A DNA stretch of 64,000 bases from an uncultured bacterium (GTDB lineage: Bacteria > Krumholzibacteriota > Krumholzibacteriia > Krumholzibacteriales > Krumholzibacteriaceae): the NCBI GenBank assembly GCA_963813815.1, contig CAWFAD010000009.1, forward strand, positions 1 through 64,000, in the 5' to 3' direction. Each line of letters begins with the position of its first letter. The stretch's first letter is position 1. The notes beneath the pieces were generated by a model. The model ran no database searches and was not told the DNA's origin. It saw only the letters and a list, made by a program, of their open reading frames with translations. Position numbers and translations under genes: made by a program. Below, one piece after another: positions 62,346 through 64,000 of this stretch.

Positions 62346-64000
62346 TTGAAACGACATGGTCCTCACGGCTCAATCGTCGCGGCCGCCGCGGCCGCGTTGC
62401 TGCTCGTCTCGTTCGCCTCGGCGCCGGGACGCGCGGGCGAGGTCTCCTCGCTCGCCATCGAGAACGGCGTCATCCGCTGCTCGATCGAGCTCGAGCGAGG
62501 CGCGCTTCGATCCGAGCGCATCGAGCTTCTGCCGGGAGAGTCTCGGGGGCGAGGCGCGGGCGCGCTTCCCGCGATCGAGCTCGACGCGGATTTCGCGATC
62601 GACGTCATGTACACGGACTGGTCGGCGCCGGGCAAGATCGACAACGCCGACAACCCCGTCCTCCTCTCGAAATCGAGCTTCACGGTCCTCTCGAGCGAGA
62701 CGCGCGAAGAGGGGGGCGCCAAGGAGCTCACGCTCCTCTGCCGCGGAGCGGATCATCCGATCGAGCTTCGTATCACTTACCGCCTCGAGCCCGAGGCCTT
62801 CTACGTAAAGCGCTGCATCGCCGTGCGCGACACGACGTCCGGCCGCCATTTCTTGAGGCGGCTCTGGCCGAGGAGCGGCGAGGTCCGCGGAATCGCCTCG
62901 ATCGTGAAGCCGGGCGGCTTCGGCCAGCCCGTCGCGGCGCTTCATTCCAAGGGGCGGGGCCTTCTTCGGCGTCGAGTACCCGGCCGCCGAGAACCATATC
63001 GAAGCCGCGGCAGGCGGGAGATACACCCTCCGCTGCGGGCAGGAGCACGGCGCGATCATCGGCCGGGACTGGCTCGCGAGCGACTGGGTCGTCGCGGGCC
63101 TCTCGCCCGACGGGCACGTGAAGCGATGGTTCTTCGAGTACCTCGACCGCGTGCGCGTCGCGCCGCTTCGCCCCTACGCCCTCTACAACACGTGGTACGA
63201 CCTCCGCTCCCCCGAGTACCCGAAATGGTCCGCCGATCGCGTCATGAGCGAGGCGACGTGCCTCGCGATGGCCCGCGTTCTCCGCGAGCAGATGGAGCGG
63301 CACGGCATCCGTCTCGACGCCTTCGTGCTCGACGACGGCTGGGACGTCTACGAGAGCGATTGGGTCATTCGAAAGAAGCAGTGGCCGGCGGGCTTCAAGC
63401 CGCTCTCCGACGAGCTCGCGAAGTCAGGCACGAGCCTCGGCGTCTGGTTCGGGCCGACGGGAGGCTACTGTTCCACGAGAGCGCCTCTCGTGGATGAAAG
63501 CGCACGGCTACGAGACCGTGGGGGATATGCTCTGCGTCGCGGGCGGGAAATACGGCGGCGCTCCTTCGCCGCCGCGTCGAGCGATCTCGTCGAGCGCGAC
63601 GGCGTCGGATATTTCAAATGGGATGGAATTCAGTTCTCGTGCAGCGAGCCGGGCCACGGACATCCGACGGACGTCTACTCCCGCAGGGCCGTCATGGAGT
63701 CCGTGGCCGCCATGTGCCGCGCCGTGCGCGAGAGGCGGCCGGACATTTTTCTCAATATCTCGTCGGGCACGTGGCTCAGCCCGTGGTGGGTGCGCTACGC
63801 GAACACGATCTGGATGCAGGGGATGGACTACGGCTTCGCCGACGTGCCGTCCATGAGCCGGCGCGACGGCTCCATCACGTACCGCGACTTCGTGCTCTAC
63901 GACGACTTCCGCGTGCAGGACCGGTGGTTTCCCATCGCGAACCTCATGACCCACGGCATCATCAAGGGAAAGGATTTCTCGGTCGGCGTCGAGAGCGAGC
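62346..64000 (+). CDS. Secreted GH36-like (alpha-galactosidase-like) TIM-barrel protein; several frameshifts, truncated at window end
   Basis: TTG start with AAGGAG RBS; across frames YNTWYD, FVLDDGW, LGVWFGP.GGY, YFKWDG; frame changes near 62955, 63475 and 63560-63585. Confidence 0.75.

Overview
High-GC bacterial chromosomal segment with about 40 genes and one tRNA-Asp. The FlgD-Ig/T9SS-like C-terminal domains, the C25 peptidase and the C-terminal 'SWGAIKSLF' proteins suggest an FCB-associated candidate lineage such as Krumholzibacteriota/Latescibacterota; this is inference only. Several genes are split by single-base indels, some in homopolymers, most likely long-read consensus errors. Ordinary content: sugar aminotransferase and glycosyltransferases, RlmD-like methyltransferase, Pfk, peptidases, two RND efflux loci, MsrAB, TypA, SPFH. 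Most interesting parts: (1) a putative operon of a Ser/Thr kinase with PD40 propeller, a 141-aa protein carrying three PPxxPxxxC repeats between two predicted helices, and a radical SAM/SPASM enzyme (57940-62235), a candidate novel RiPP or protein-modification system; (2) a surface-protein cluster of a Cys-rich dockerin-like protein, two paralogs ending in TEE(T/S)SWGAIKSLF and a gingipain/PorU-like C25 peptidase; (3) two tandem, sigma54-driven membrane GAF proteins with no output domain; (4) an IS1595-like gene that seems to lack catalytic residues and heads an apparent operon; (5) a degenerate, shortened AnmK beside SpoIID and NagZ; (6) three tandem glycine-rich RRM genes. No CRISPR array, rRNA or prophage was seen.
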